This document shows, piece by piece, positions 18,672-27,756 of a stretch of DNA of 64,000 bases (position 1 is the first letter of the stretch; the number at the start of each line of letters is the position of its first letter). This DNA is from a virus (lineage: Duplodnaviria; Caudoviricetes), in the IMG/VR virus record IMGVR_UViG_3300015607_003363, positions 32,001 to 96,000 of that record. The stretch is one strand, 5' to 3'. The translations under genes and the position numbers were made by a program. The notes beneath the pieces are model-generated. The model was not told where the DNA came from. It ran no database searches and saw only the letters and a list, made by a program, of their open reading frames with translations.

Positions 18672-19889
18672 TTATATTTCGGTTCTACTCAATCCTGATG
18701 AGTAGCATAATTTCCTGATGAGGTGCAGCGATGATTTTACGGTGTTCGCATTGCATCCGAGGAAGTCGCTGATTTTGTTAAGGTGTGGCTTTTCGTTCTC
18801 TCCATATCTTGCTTGGAATTTCTCCCATGCACTTCCTTCGTTATGGAAGATTTCGAAGATAGCTAGTGCCTGTGGTGTCAGCTGTCCCTTGATGAAGTCT
18901 ATTGCTTCGTTCAGTTCGATGGAGTGTGGATCGAGCACACTGCCATTGGAGTTGAAGAGGATAGAATCTGAGTTGGCAGAGTCTGGATCATTGGAGATTG
19001 TCGTTATTTTGACTACCTCCGATTTCTTGACTACTGCGTTTACTATGGGCAGGTCAGGATCGACGGTAATAGTCAGGTATTTGTCGTCGATGTTGGTGAT
19101 GACTCCGTGTGCTTCATAGCCTAGTCGCAACGATTTTAATTCCTCGACAATTTTGTATGGCGTGGTGTTCTTTATATTGTGGATTATTCTGATTGTCTTT
19201 TCGTCTTTGATGACGGAGACATTGTGGTTTTGCTTGGCCATGGCGTATTCGATATGGCTGGCTAAGGCGACATCGGCTGTGGCTGTGTCGATTGGGTATT
19301 CGATTTCTGTACGAGTTATCTTGCTTTCTTTCAGCGTCTGTCGGATGTAGTTCTTGATGACTTTCGTTATGAATTTGGCCATCCGCAGGCGATCACTCAT
19401 GATAGTCTGTGATTTTTTGACGGCTTTGTTGTTTGATGGTGTGGCTATGAACGGTGATGAGCATAGCTTTGGATCGGCTTTGATCTTTGATATTGGGACG
19501 TATTTGTTCTTGTATTTGGTATGCTGGCATTGTGGACAGACCAGCAGTAGTCTCTGGTATTTCTTGCCATCTGATGCTTTACTGTTGCAGTGGCCACATT
19601 TAATGGAGTACGTTGTATGGTACATCAAATAGCACAGGCTTTTTGTCAGTGCGATTTGAAATTCTCCAAACGCCTTATCAGGGTCTGCGTATTCGCCGCC
19701 AATGGTCGATCTGAGTTGGTGTTTAAATCCTTCTCTGATGCTTTCGAGTTCAGGGGCTGAACTCCATTCGATTATTGCGTCTTCTAGCTTCCTACGCTGT
19801 TCTGATGTAAGGTTTACGAGAGTTATATTGAATAAGGCCCCTCGTAGGTATAATTTTGGTAGTTGATCAACCTTCGTGGTTACGGTCAT
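18672..19889 (-). CDS. sigma-factor-like protein with Zn-ribbon insertion
   Basis: C-terminal region-4-like HTH (LTPQALAIF...KISDFLGCNANTVKSSLHLIRK); FITKVIKNYIR resembles region 2; CGHC/CPQC. Confidence 0.5.
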   Translation of the reverse strand: MTVTTKVDQLPKLYLRGALFNITLVNLTSEQRRKLEDAIIEWSSAPELESIREGFKHQLRSTIGGEYADPDKAFGEFQIALTKSLCYLMYHTTYSIKCGHCNSKASDGKKYQRLLLVCPQCQHTKYKNKYVPISKIKADPKLCSSPFIATPSNNKAVKKSQTIMSDRLRMAKFITKVIKNYIRQTLKESKITRTEIEYPIDTATADVALASHIEYAMAKQNHNVSVIKDEKTIRIIHNIKNTTPYKIVEELKSLRLGYEAHGVITNIDDKYLTITVDPDLPIVNAVVKKSEVVKITTISNDPDSANSDSILFNSNGSVLDPHSIELNEAIDFIKGQLTPQALAIFEIFHNEGSAWEKFQARYGENEKPHLNKISDFLGCNANTVKSSLHLIRKLCYSSGLSRTEI

Positions 19890-20620
19890 TGTCTACTCCG
19901 TTGTGCATGGTGAGGGAAGTTAGTATGGCTAAGTCCAAGGGCAATTATTGCGATTCGGAGAAGCTGGAAGCAACGTGGTATGATTACGCCATTGCTTTAC
20001 AATATCCTCAGCTAGAATCCTATCGCAAATCAGGGTTGATATGGTCCAGACCGAAGACAGATGTCCGGTCGGTGCAGAAGAATGGAACGATAATCCATGA
20101 TCCGTATGTCAATGATGGCATTGACTATATCGTGTATGATGGAAAAACGTTTCGCTCTTTTTCGTGTATTACGATCGACAAACTGATTAATTTCTGCAAT
20201 TCTGGCAAAAGTATAGCAATATCGGAGTTGCCGAATAATACTAAGTATGCTGGCTTTCGTCGTGAAGTACCACTTAATCATTCTTGGACAGAATTGGCCA
20301 ATCAGGTCTATTCTATCTGTTCTGGTATAGCTAAAAAGTTTGCAAACATTAATGATCCGAAGTATGATGATATAGTGTCCACTACTAATCTGGCGATCAT
20401 TACCAAACTTAAGAATAAGAAACTCAAGTTCACTCCCGGACTTGCCCCGGTCTTCAGTTTGATGACTATGGCTATCCATCGTGAAACTTTCACAATATTC
20501 AATAGTGACAAAAGACAAGACCGACTGATTGCGACCGCCAAGATCAAGACCAATCAGACTATCGTTCGGTCATTGTCACGAAATAGATCAGCGAGAAGGG
20601 CGTTAGTCCCGATGATGTGA
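19856..20620 (+). CDS. T4 gp55-like late sigma factor (likely start 19925)
   Basis: MAKSKGNYCDSEKL; ICSGIAKKF...DDIVS...FTPG...VFSLMTMAIHR resembles the gp55 region-2 pattern. Confidence 0.55.
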   Translation: MVVDQPSWLRSLSTPLCMVREVSMAKSKGNYCDSEKLEATWYDYAIALQYPQLESYRKSGLIWSRPKTDVRSVQKNGTIIHDPYVNDGIDYIVYDGKTFRSFSCITIDKLINFCNSGKSIAISELPNNTKYAGFRREVPLNHSWTELANQVYSICSGIAKKFANINDPKYDDIVSTTNLAIITKLKNKKLKFTPGLAPVFSLMTMAIHRETFTIFNSDKRQDRLIATAKIKTNQTIVRSLSRNRSARRALVPMM

Positions 20621-20667
20621 TTATTTTATCACATACAAGGCACCTTGTCAAGATTATCTAGTTTAAT

Positions 20668-21693
20668 ATGGGTCAAATCATCATAAAACCGGCGATCAAC
20701 AGACAACACAGCCAGCAAGCTAGGCGAATTGTCAATGTGAAATCGCCGACGATCACTAGGAAACGAATGCCGCCGACCCAAGTAGCGTCGGCGGCAGATC
20801 GTTTACGCGATTTCGTCAAACCGACAATTATAATCAAGCCACAGCCAAAGCAGCAGGATATAAAAAACAATGGGATTATGATCGATCGGTCGCCACGATC
20901 CATCAGGCCATCACGGCCATCAGTGCCAGTCAACAAGCGCGGCCCTGTGATCAAACGCATCACTAGTGAAGTATCAGAAAAAGACGTTCAGGCGATTGTA
21001 AGATTAAAAGATACCTGCAGAAATAGAATTCTGGTGATAATGGGTAATGGTCCTTCGCTGGCCGAAGTAGATACGTCAAAGCTGGTCGGACTTGAGTATG
21101 TTGACACACTTATAGTCAATAAGCCAGATGAGAGATGCTGGCCGACGAACTATTGGGTCTTTTTTGATGCTTCTCAATATCAGCGCAACAAGGACAAATG
21201 GGAATCCTATAATGGCACTATCTTTACGAGCAATGCTATAAAAGCGGAAAAACCGAAATCAATTAAATTGAAAAATGTTCCTACCGGTGGTTTTCAGCGT
21301 GATCTGTCGAAAGGCATTCATATAGGGCGATCTTCAGTATATGCCAGCATTCAAATAGGTATCTGGCTTGGTTATCAAAGAATATACATCCTTGGGTGTG
21401 ACATGTCTGATGTCGCCGGGAAAGTGCATTATTATGGTGTCAATCCTGATGTAAATCCAGAAGAGCGTAAACGTCGATTTGATGGGGAGGCGAAATTTTA
21501 TTCTGATGCTGTTAAATCATTGTCTGAATCAGAGAGAAACAATATCATTTTCTGCTCGTCCTATCTGAAATATCAATTTGTGAATAAGTATCAAAAGATC
21601 GATCATAAGTTCGCCATCGAATTCATTACGCATGATTCGATTAAGATACGATCGTTACATGAAGCCAGGCAGATAGTGGAGAAGATGCAGTGA
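20668..21693 (+). CDS. MAF/DUF115-like (sialyltransferase-related) protein with basic N-terminal extension
   Basis: ILVIMGNGPSL, SSVYASIQIGIWLGYQRIYILGCD, HYY. Confidence 0.7.
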   Translation: MGQIIIKPAINRQHSQQARRIVNVKSPTITRKRMPPTQVASAADRLRDFVKPTIIIKPQPKQQDIKNNGIMIDRSPRSIRPSRPSVPVNKRGPVIKRITSEVSEKDVQAIVRLKDTCRNRILVIMGNGPSLAEVDTSKLVGLEYVDTLIVNKPDERCWPTNYWVFFDASQYQRNKDKWESYNGTIFTSNAIKAEKPKSIKLKNVPTGGFQRDLSKGIHIGRSSVYASIQIGIWLGYQRIYILGCDMSDVAGKVHYYGVNPDVNPEERKRRFDGEAKFYSDAVKSLSESERNNIIFCSSYLKYQFVNKYQKIDHKFAIEFITHDSIKIRSLHEARQIVEKMQ

Positions 21694-22091
21694 AAATCTA
21701 CACAGCTAGCAAGTTAGCTAATGCCGAAGCAGTCAATGCCTTTAACGGTCTTTTGAAGCAGGCCGGTTTTGAAGTCACTTATGAATGGGCTACTCATGGT
21801 TATATCGACAATTCTGATTCTGAACTGAAGAGGAAAGTCGCCCAGAATGAAATGGAGGGAGTGGCGAAAGCCGATTATCTGGTTGTGCTTCACCCCGGTG
21901 GTTTCGGAACCCATATTGAGATAGGTGTTGCTTTAGCGATGAATATTCCTATTATTATGATTGGTTTCGATAAGACTCAACCAACTCCTTCGTTTTATTA
22001 TTTGGATAGTATTACAATGTTTGATGGTATCACAGAAAGTATAGACTTTCTGTTAGCGTATAAGGACCGACAATGCAAATTGACATCATGA
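21690..22091 (+). CDS. nucleoside 2-deoxyribosyltransferase / dNMP N-glycosidase family protein
   Basis: KIYTAS...EMEGVAKADYLVVL...GTHIEIGVALA (Tyr and catalytic Glu of the NDT/Rcl fold). Confidence 0.8.
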   Translation: MKIYTASKLANAEAVNAFNGLLKQAGFEVTYEWATHGYIDNSDSELKRKVAQNEMEGVAKADYLVVLHPGGFGTHIEIGVALAMNIPIIMIGFDKTQPTPSFYYLDSITMFDGITESIDFLLAYKDRQCKLTS

Positions 22092-22714
22092 ATGATACTG
22101 ACATCAGTATCATCACTCGGTTTTTAAATGATGACAGAATTGATACGGTCGCATGTTCTCCGGGCCTGTCTGGTAGTTTGATGGCTTTGAAACGCAAGCT
22201 TGCAGCTAAATTCAAGATTATAGTTCACACCGATTGGGATAATGGTACCTCCAACGGGATAGACAAGTTTATAGGATTTTCTGCTGATGATCTGAATGCC
22301 GATGGTTTTGAAATTCACACCAAGATTTCCAATGACACGATTCAAAAGAACATCGATAGTATCAATGCGGCTTATGATTTTATTGTAGAACAAATCAATC
22401 CGGAGGCTTCGCTTTGTCTGGCGTTTCGACATGATAATAATCTGATTAATAGTGACTTGCTGCGTAAACTGCCTAGGCCGGAAGAATACAGATTCGGCAT
22501 TGAGCATAAGCCTCCTACAGTATCGTTTAGCTATCGGACTTATGGTTCTGTTATTGAGAAATTGAAGAATATTATCGGGCCAGAGTATTGTATTAAGATT
22601 TGTGGAAATATTGATTCTAAAATCGCCGTATCAACTGTAAACTCCATAGAAGGTAATATTAAGTGTATTTTGAGCGCGAGACAGTTCACAACGTATCTCA
22701 AAGACAAGAGGTGA
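22073..22714 (+). CDS. divergent DeoC (deoxyribose-phosphate aldolase)-like TIM-barrel protein
   Basis: TVACSP, IIVHTDWDNG...K, ADGFEI, IKICGNI parallel DeoC AVCV.P, TVxxFPxG...K, GADEID, VKASGGI; the Schiff-base KTSTG motif is not recognisable. Confidence 0.4.
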   Translation: MQIDIMNDTDISIITRFLNDDRIDTVACSPGLSGSLMALKRKLAAKFKIIVHTDWDNGTSNGIDKFIGFSADDLNADGFEIHTKISNDTIQKNIDSINAAYDFIVEQINPEASLCLAFRHDNNLINSDLLRKLPRPEEYRFGIEHKPPTVSFSYRTYGSVIEKLKNIIGPEYCIKICGNIDSKIAVSTVNSIEGNIKCILSARQFTTYLKDKR

Positions 22715-22718
22715 CACC

Positions 22719-22868
22719 ATGTCGAATAAGACAACTACACCAAGAATCAGATGCCTCATAAAGAATATTAATCGTCTTCACATGGCATCCGAGGATTTGA
22801 AAGCTAGGTCGCTTATCCGGTCTATTCTCAATAAGAGCAGAAGGCCATCTAAGAAATCTGCGAAATAG
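22719..22868 (+). CDS. small basic protein (49 aa)
   Basis: Below the ORF-track cutoff; GAGGTG RBS; MSNKTTTPRIRCLIK...SKKSAK fills the operon gap. Confidence 0.5.
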   Translation: MSNKTTTPRIRCLIKNINRLHMASEDLKARSLIRSILNKSRRPSKKSAK

Positions 22869-22899
22869 GCCACTACCACATAGCCCGGAGAATGTTTCC

Positions 22900-24051
22900 A
22901 TGAAGCAAGGTAAGTTCAATGTTCTGTTTGATTCAGCTTGGGGTAGTAGTGGTAAAGGTGCCGCTGCCGCTAGGCTAGGATCTATTTTTGGGATTGACGC
23001 AGCGTCTTCCAACAATTTCCCAAATGCCGGGCATACTGTCGTAAAAGACGGCGAGAAGTATGTGTTTAAAGTTCTTCCATCGCCAGCCGCCCTATTGAAA
23101 TCGGCTAGGAAAGAAATCAAATTGGTGATCGGACCAACTTCTGGTTTCTTCCTTGATCAATTATTTAAAGAAATCAAGCAGGTATCAAAAGATGGTACTG
23201 GTAATGATGTCAGCCTGATTGTTCACAGTAGAGCGTCTATCGTTTCTGACCGACATACGGAAATGGAGTCGCCTAATGGCGACATGTCCACGCTTCATAT
23301 TTCATCGACTATGAGTGGTAGCGGTGCCGCTGCTGCTGAGAAGATGATGCGAAAGAAATCCGCTGTCATTGTTGCCAGTCTGAGAGACGGCGCAAAGACA
23401 ACGATCTTGGAGCCTATTGACTTTTATTCTTATATTAGAAGTATGATTATAGAAAACCAGAAAATATGGCTTCATGAAGTATCGCAGGGCTGGGCGTTGT
23501 CTCTGAATTGCGGAACTCACTATCCGACATGCACATTCAGAGACTGTACACCACAACAGGCATATGCTGACATGTGCATTACGCCAGATATGATTGGCGA
23601 TGTCTACATGAATATCAGGTCGTTTCCTATTCGAGTGGGAAATAACTATGATGGCCAGAATATAGTTGGATATTCTGGTGATTTTCTCCATGATCAGAAG
23701 GAAATGACGTGGGAGGAAGTCGGCCATGGTGCGGAAATGCCACCAGATTATATAGCGAAGTTGGCCGAAAATGAGAGGACGACTGTGACGAAAAAGATTA
23801 GGCGCGTAGCCACTCAATCGTGGAAGCTAGTGGCGAATAGTGCAAAACTTTCGGGCGCGACTAAATTGATTTTGAATTTCCCTCAATATATCCATTTCTC
23901 GGCACTGAGTGTCAGAGGAGGTATTTCTGACTTTAAGAAAATGCATCATAAAATTCATGAATATGTTGATAAATTACAGACTATTACCAATCTGCCGGTG
24001 GTCATGATCGGTACTGGTGCCGACCATGACGATTTTGTGTGGCTGGTGTAA
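22900..24051 (+). CDS. purZ: N6-succino-2-amino-dAMP synthase (PurZ-type adenylosuccinate synthetase homologue)
   Basis: WGSSGKG (Ser where PurA has Asp), PNAGHT, STMSG, RDCTP..ADM, PIRVG, DQKEMTWE, TTVTKKIRR, LNFPQY (NF instead of PurA TKLD). Confidence 0.85.
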   Translation: MKQGKFNVLFDSAWGSSGKGAAAARLGSIFGIDAASSNNFPNAGHTVVKDGEKYVFKVLPSPAALLKSARKEIKLVIGPTSGFFLDQLFKEIKQVSKDGTGNDVSLIVHSRASIVSDRHTEMESPNGDMSTLHISSTMSGSGAAAAEKMMRKKSAVIVASLRDGAKTTILEPIDFYSYIRSMIIENQKIWLHEVSQGWALSLNCGTHYPTCTFRDCTPQQAYADMCITPDMIGDVYMNIRSFPIRVGNNYDGQNIVGYSGDFLHDQKEMTWEEVGHGAEMPPDYIAKLAENERTTVTKKIRRVATQSWKLVANSAKLSGATKLILNFPQYIHFSALSVRGGISDFKKMHHKIHEYVDKLQTITNLPVVMIGTGADHDDFVWLV

Positions 24052-25717
24052 ATATAGTATAACAACAGTTACAAAGAAGGTGCGTGTAGTGGCAGAAGCT
24101 AAGCGTGATATTGCTTTGTATGTTGGATTTGAAAATGATCCGATAATTATTGATTTTGTCAGTGGTATGACACGTCGTGCATTAGGCGATAAGTATAAGA
24201 AATCACACCGTGCCATAGAGTCTTATATTAGAAGAAGAAGAGTTAATGATGTTGCTGATGTAGTACAGTTACATGATAAAGAATGGTTGACTGGTAAGTT
24301 GTCAGATGGGTGGACTTTAAATCAGATAGCCGAGTCATTAAAAGTTCATAGGGAACATGTTAGAAAGGCTATCAAATCTCATCAAATTGATATTTATAAA
24401 GTGTTTCAGATGAGAGCCAGTAAGATATCAGGCAGGACATTATCATATAGCAGTGTCAAGGAATTATATGATAGTAAAAAGTCAACTATTGATATAGCTA
24501 GATATTTCGGTTTTTCTGGTGACAGTGTTATCCGTGATTTTATGAGGAAGAATGGTATAATTATTAGAAAGAATGGTGAGCACCAAATAAAACATGACAA
24601 TCCAAAACAATTATTAGCTCAATTGTCTGATCGATCTGTCATGCATAGACTGTATGTTGAGCAAGAGTTGTCTTCGACTGATATTGCTGATCGGCTTGGC
24701 TGTAATGGTGTGTTGGTGCAACGATGGTTGCGCAGGCATAAATTTAAGATCAGACACCATTCTGACTATTGGGCTAGGCGTAAGATCGGTGAATTACATC
24801 AATCATTCATAAACTTGTTAAATAATTATTCTGTTAAGCATCAGACGTGTTTCGTATATTCTGGGCGTTATAATGGGAAGAATAGGGTATTTGAAATCGA
24901 TGAATACCTGCCTGATCTGAAAGTTTTCATAGAAGTTAATGGCGATCATTGGCATGGTATTTCTAGAAGACACTGGAAATATCAAAGAGTTAGAAACAAA
25001 TTATGGTCTGATTTGATTAAATATTTATGCGTTACACGAGACTATCCAGATCACAGATTTATATACGTTACAGACAATAACGTAACAGATGCATTCGTTT
25101 CGAGGCTTGCTGGAACTGCGAAATCTGAATATGCCAGTATTGATAGGCAGAATTTTAATATAGACCAATGCTCGTATGCCGATACTGCTCAATTTTTGAT
25201 TGACAATCACTATTTAGGTCCTACTAAAGGTAGAAGATATTATAGATTAATGGTCGGTGGTAGCACGGCGGCTATTGCCGTTGTTGCTTCCCCGACTAGA
25301 GCAGAGATAAAATTGAGTACCGGCCAGGAATGTCTTGAAATAACGCGATTGGCATCTTCAGATATTGGGCAAAATGGTCTGAGTTACTTTTTGGCAAGAG
25401 TGCTTCGTAACGAGGCGCGGATTAATGATGCTGCTGGTATTGTGTCATTTGCCGACCAGAGTCCATTGTACAAACAACAGCATTGGGGGACTATATATAG
25501 AGCGTGTAATTTTAAATTGATTTCAAGAACCGGATGGAATTATCGGTATTATAATTGTGATACTGATGAATTGATTCATAAGAAGACTATTTATAATCGT
25601 GCTGTTAAATTGGATATGACTGAGTCAGAGTTTGTTAAAATTAATAGCCTCCACAAAATTCCTGAATGGCCTAAATTAAAATATGAGTATCTATTTGATC
25701 GATGTGGTCCGCATTAA
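24017..25717 (+). mobile_element. HTH repeats + PD-(D/E)xK/Vsr-like nuclease + Mom-like GNAT fusion (likely start ~24089)
   Basis: Several HTH-like segments; EIDEYLPDLKVFIEVNGDHWHG; NHYLG...LEITRLA...SYFLAR...IVSFAD...HWGTIYRACNF; AT-rich. Confidence 0.7.
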
Positions 25718-25775
25718 TCGGCTGGTCGATAGTATTATACTAGTGTAGGATTGCACTACACTTAGGAGATAGCCG

Positions 25776-26369
25776 ATGTCTGCCGAGATCGTTAATCAGT
25801 ATGATGAGAAGTTGACTGCACTTGGCCTGACACCTGACAAGGTCGTTTTCTTTTTGAATAATGATCTTGTCAAGGTGCCATGCACTGTACATGGGCTTGG
25901 TAAGAATGGATGCTTTTCTGTTCTCTTTGAGGAAGGAAGCGAATTGCAGGAAGTGCACTCTTCGCGAATCGTCTTCGATGCCTCTGCCATATATGTAAAG
26001 CCAAAGGTGGTCAAGGAGGCACAAGAGCCGAAGGCCAAGCATGCCCCTGTCAAGGTGGTTTGCCAGTTTAGCATCGATGATTTCGTTTTGGCTTTTCCTA
26101 AGGCTCGGTTGTATAGCCGAGTTGCTGAGAAATTCGATCACGAAGGCTTCAGTGTTTTGTCGCATGTGGCCATTCTCGACGATAATACCAAGGCCAATTT
26201 CAATTCGTACAACGGCATTATCTATGGTAAGCTTAGTGCCGATGAACATACCAGACTTACCAACGGCGAATGGATTAAATTGACCTCGTCAATTAAGGAT
26301 CTTGCCAAGTTAGAGAACAAGCTCGTTGAGGGGCAATATGTCAGACATGGTGAAAAGTCAAAATCCTGA
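25776..26369 (+). CDS. hypothetical protein
   Basis: 197 aa ORF with AGGAG RBS. Confidence 0.6.
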   Translation: MSAEIVNQYDEKLTALGLTPDKVVFFLNNDLVKVPCTVHGLGKNGCFSVLFEEGSELQEVHSSRIVFDASAIYVKPKVVKEAQEPKAKHAPVKVVCQFSIDDFVLAFPKARLYSRVAEKFDHEGFSVLSHVAILDDNTKANFNSYNGIIYGKLSADEHTRLTNGEWIKLTSSIKDLAKLENKLVEGQYVRHGEKSKS

Positions 26370-26613
26370 GCCGATTATAAAGGCTTCTCTGGATTTCATG
26401 ACTAGACTGAATGTGATTTCCAATAAGGAATTAAGGAAATCACTTCAGTCTGAGTTCGTTAAGATATTAGATATGGCATTGGCTAACTTCTCACAATATA
26501 TAGAAATTATACAACGAGCCGATGATCTTATGGCGGATTTGTCATTAGAATCGACTAAGACTGCATTTGATATAGAGTGCCAAGTGCGAGAAATCGAGAG
26601 TGACAGTAAATAA
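26326..26613 (+). CDS. hypothetical coiled-coil protein
   Basis: Operonic ORF. Confidence 0.5.
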   Translation: MRGNMSDMVKSQNPEPIIKASLDFMTRLNVISNKELRKSLQSEFVKILDMALANFSQYIEIIQRADDLMADLSLESTKTAFDIECQVREIESDSK

Positions 26614-26634
26614 TCCGTCTATTGGAGTTAGTAG

Positions 26635-27705
26635 ATGGATTATGCAAAGTACAAGGCCATTCAGGCCGGTGGTGCTACAGATCGTTTCAATCTGATGAAA
26701 GCAACACTCTGCGAATCTGGACGGGTTAGCACAATCAAGAATAATAAAGTGGTTGTGTTTGGTGGGCATGGTTTCGTTGGAAAGAACCTTCTTAATTACC
26801 TATCCGGAAGATTTTATTTATCCGGAAGATATCGGGTTTTCGCTCCATCTAGAATTGAGTGCGACTGTTTTTCCTTGGATGAGTGTGTCGAATATATTTC
26901 AACGATCCAGCCCGGTTATGTCGTCAATTTAGCTGCTTTTGTCGGCGGGATTGGTTTAAATAAAGCTTACCCGTTCACTATGGGTATGACCAACGCCAGT
27001 ATTTGTTTGAATGTTTTGAATGCTATTATGCAACAGAGTCATGGTAGTCCAAAGCTGATTCAAGTCGGTACTGTGTGCATGTATCCTTGTGTGCCGACGA
27101 CTATTCCCTTCAAGGAAGAAGAAATCTGGAATGGAATTCCGGAGATCACCAATGCTCCTTATGGACTGGCGAAGAAGTTCGTCGGGTATCTTGCCAAATG
27201 TGCTAACATGGAACACGGATTAAATGTAGTCAATTTGATTCCAACTAATATGTATGGTGAGCATGATGACTTCAGTGATAACGCAAGCCATGTTATTCCA
27301 GCAATGATAAAGAAAATCTATCTGGCCAATCGGGACAAGACCGAGCTTGTCTTATGGGGTGATGGTTCGCCGACTAGGGAATTCCTTTTTGTCGATGATT
27401 TTTGCCATGCGATTCTGGCGGCAATTGAGACTGATGATGCTGTGGCTAATTCTGGCGAGTTTATCAATATTGGAAGTGGATATGAAGTGCGTATGAACGA
27501 TCTGGTAAAAATGATTATTGATGAATTTGGCTATGATGATATGGTTGTGCAATGGGATAAGTCAAAGCCTAATGGCCAGCCAAGAAGAGCCATCGATACG
27601 AGTCGGGCTAAGGAGCTATTGAATTTTCAGGCCCGGACGGAATTTAAAGCTGGATTAAATCAGACTATCAACTGGTTTAAGCACAATATAGCCCCTTTGC
27701 TTTAA
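26635..27705 (+). CDS. fcl: GDP-L-fucose synthase
   Basis: GGHGFVG, LAAFVGGI, GTVCMYP, YGLAK, PTNMYG, SHVIPAMI, WGDGSPTREF, KPNGQPRR. Confidence 0.92.
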   Translation: MDYAKYKAIQAGGATDRFNLMKATLCESGRVSTIKNNKVVVFGGHGFVGKNLLNYLSGRFYLSGRYRVFAPSRIECDCFSLDECVEYISTIQPGYVVNLAAFVGGIGLNKAYPFTMGMTNASICLNVLNAIMQQSHGSPKLIQVGTVCMYPCVPTTIPFKEEEIWNGIPEITNAPYGLAKKFVGYLAKCANMEHGLNVVNLIPTNMYGEHDDFSDNASHVIPAMIKKIYLANRDKTELVLWGDGSPTREFLFVDDFCHAILAAIETDDAVANSGEFINIGSGYEVRMNDLVKMIIDEFGYDDMVVQWDKSKPNGQPRRAIDTSRAKELLNFQARTEFKAGLNQTINWFKHNIAPLL

Positions 27706-27756
27706 TGTTAATTCGAATGTTAATTTAAAATTACGATTAACATTCAAAGGTGATAG

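Noticed and set aside
22900-24051. Ordinary adenylosuccinate synthetase purA
   Set aside because: Lacks GDEGKG, TTGRxR and TKLD, and has the PurZ-type substitutions at all three sites.
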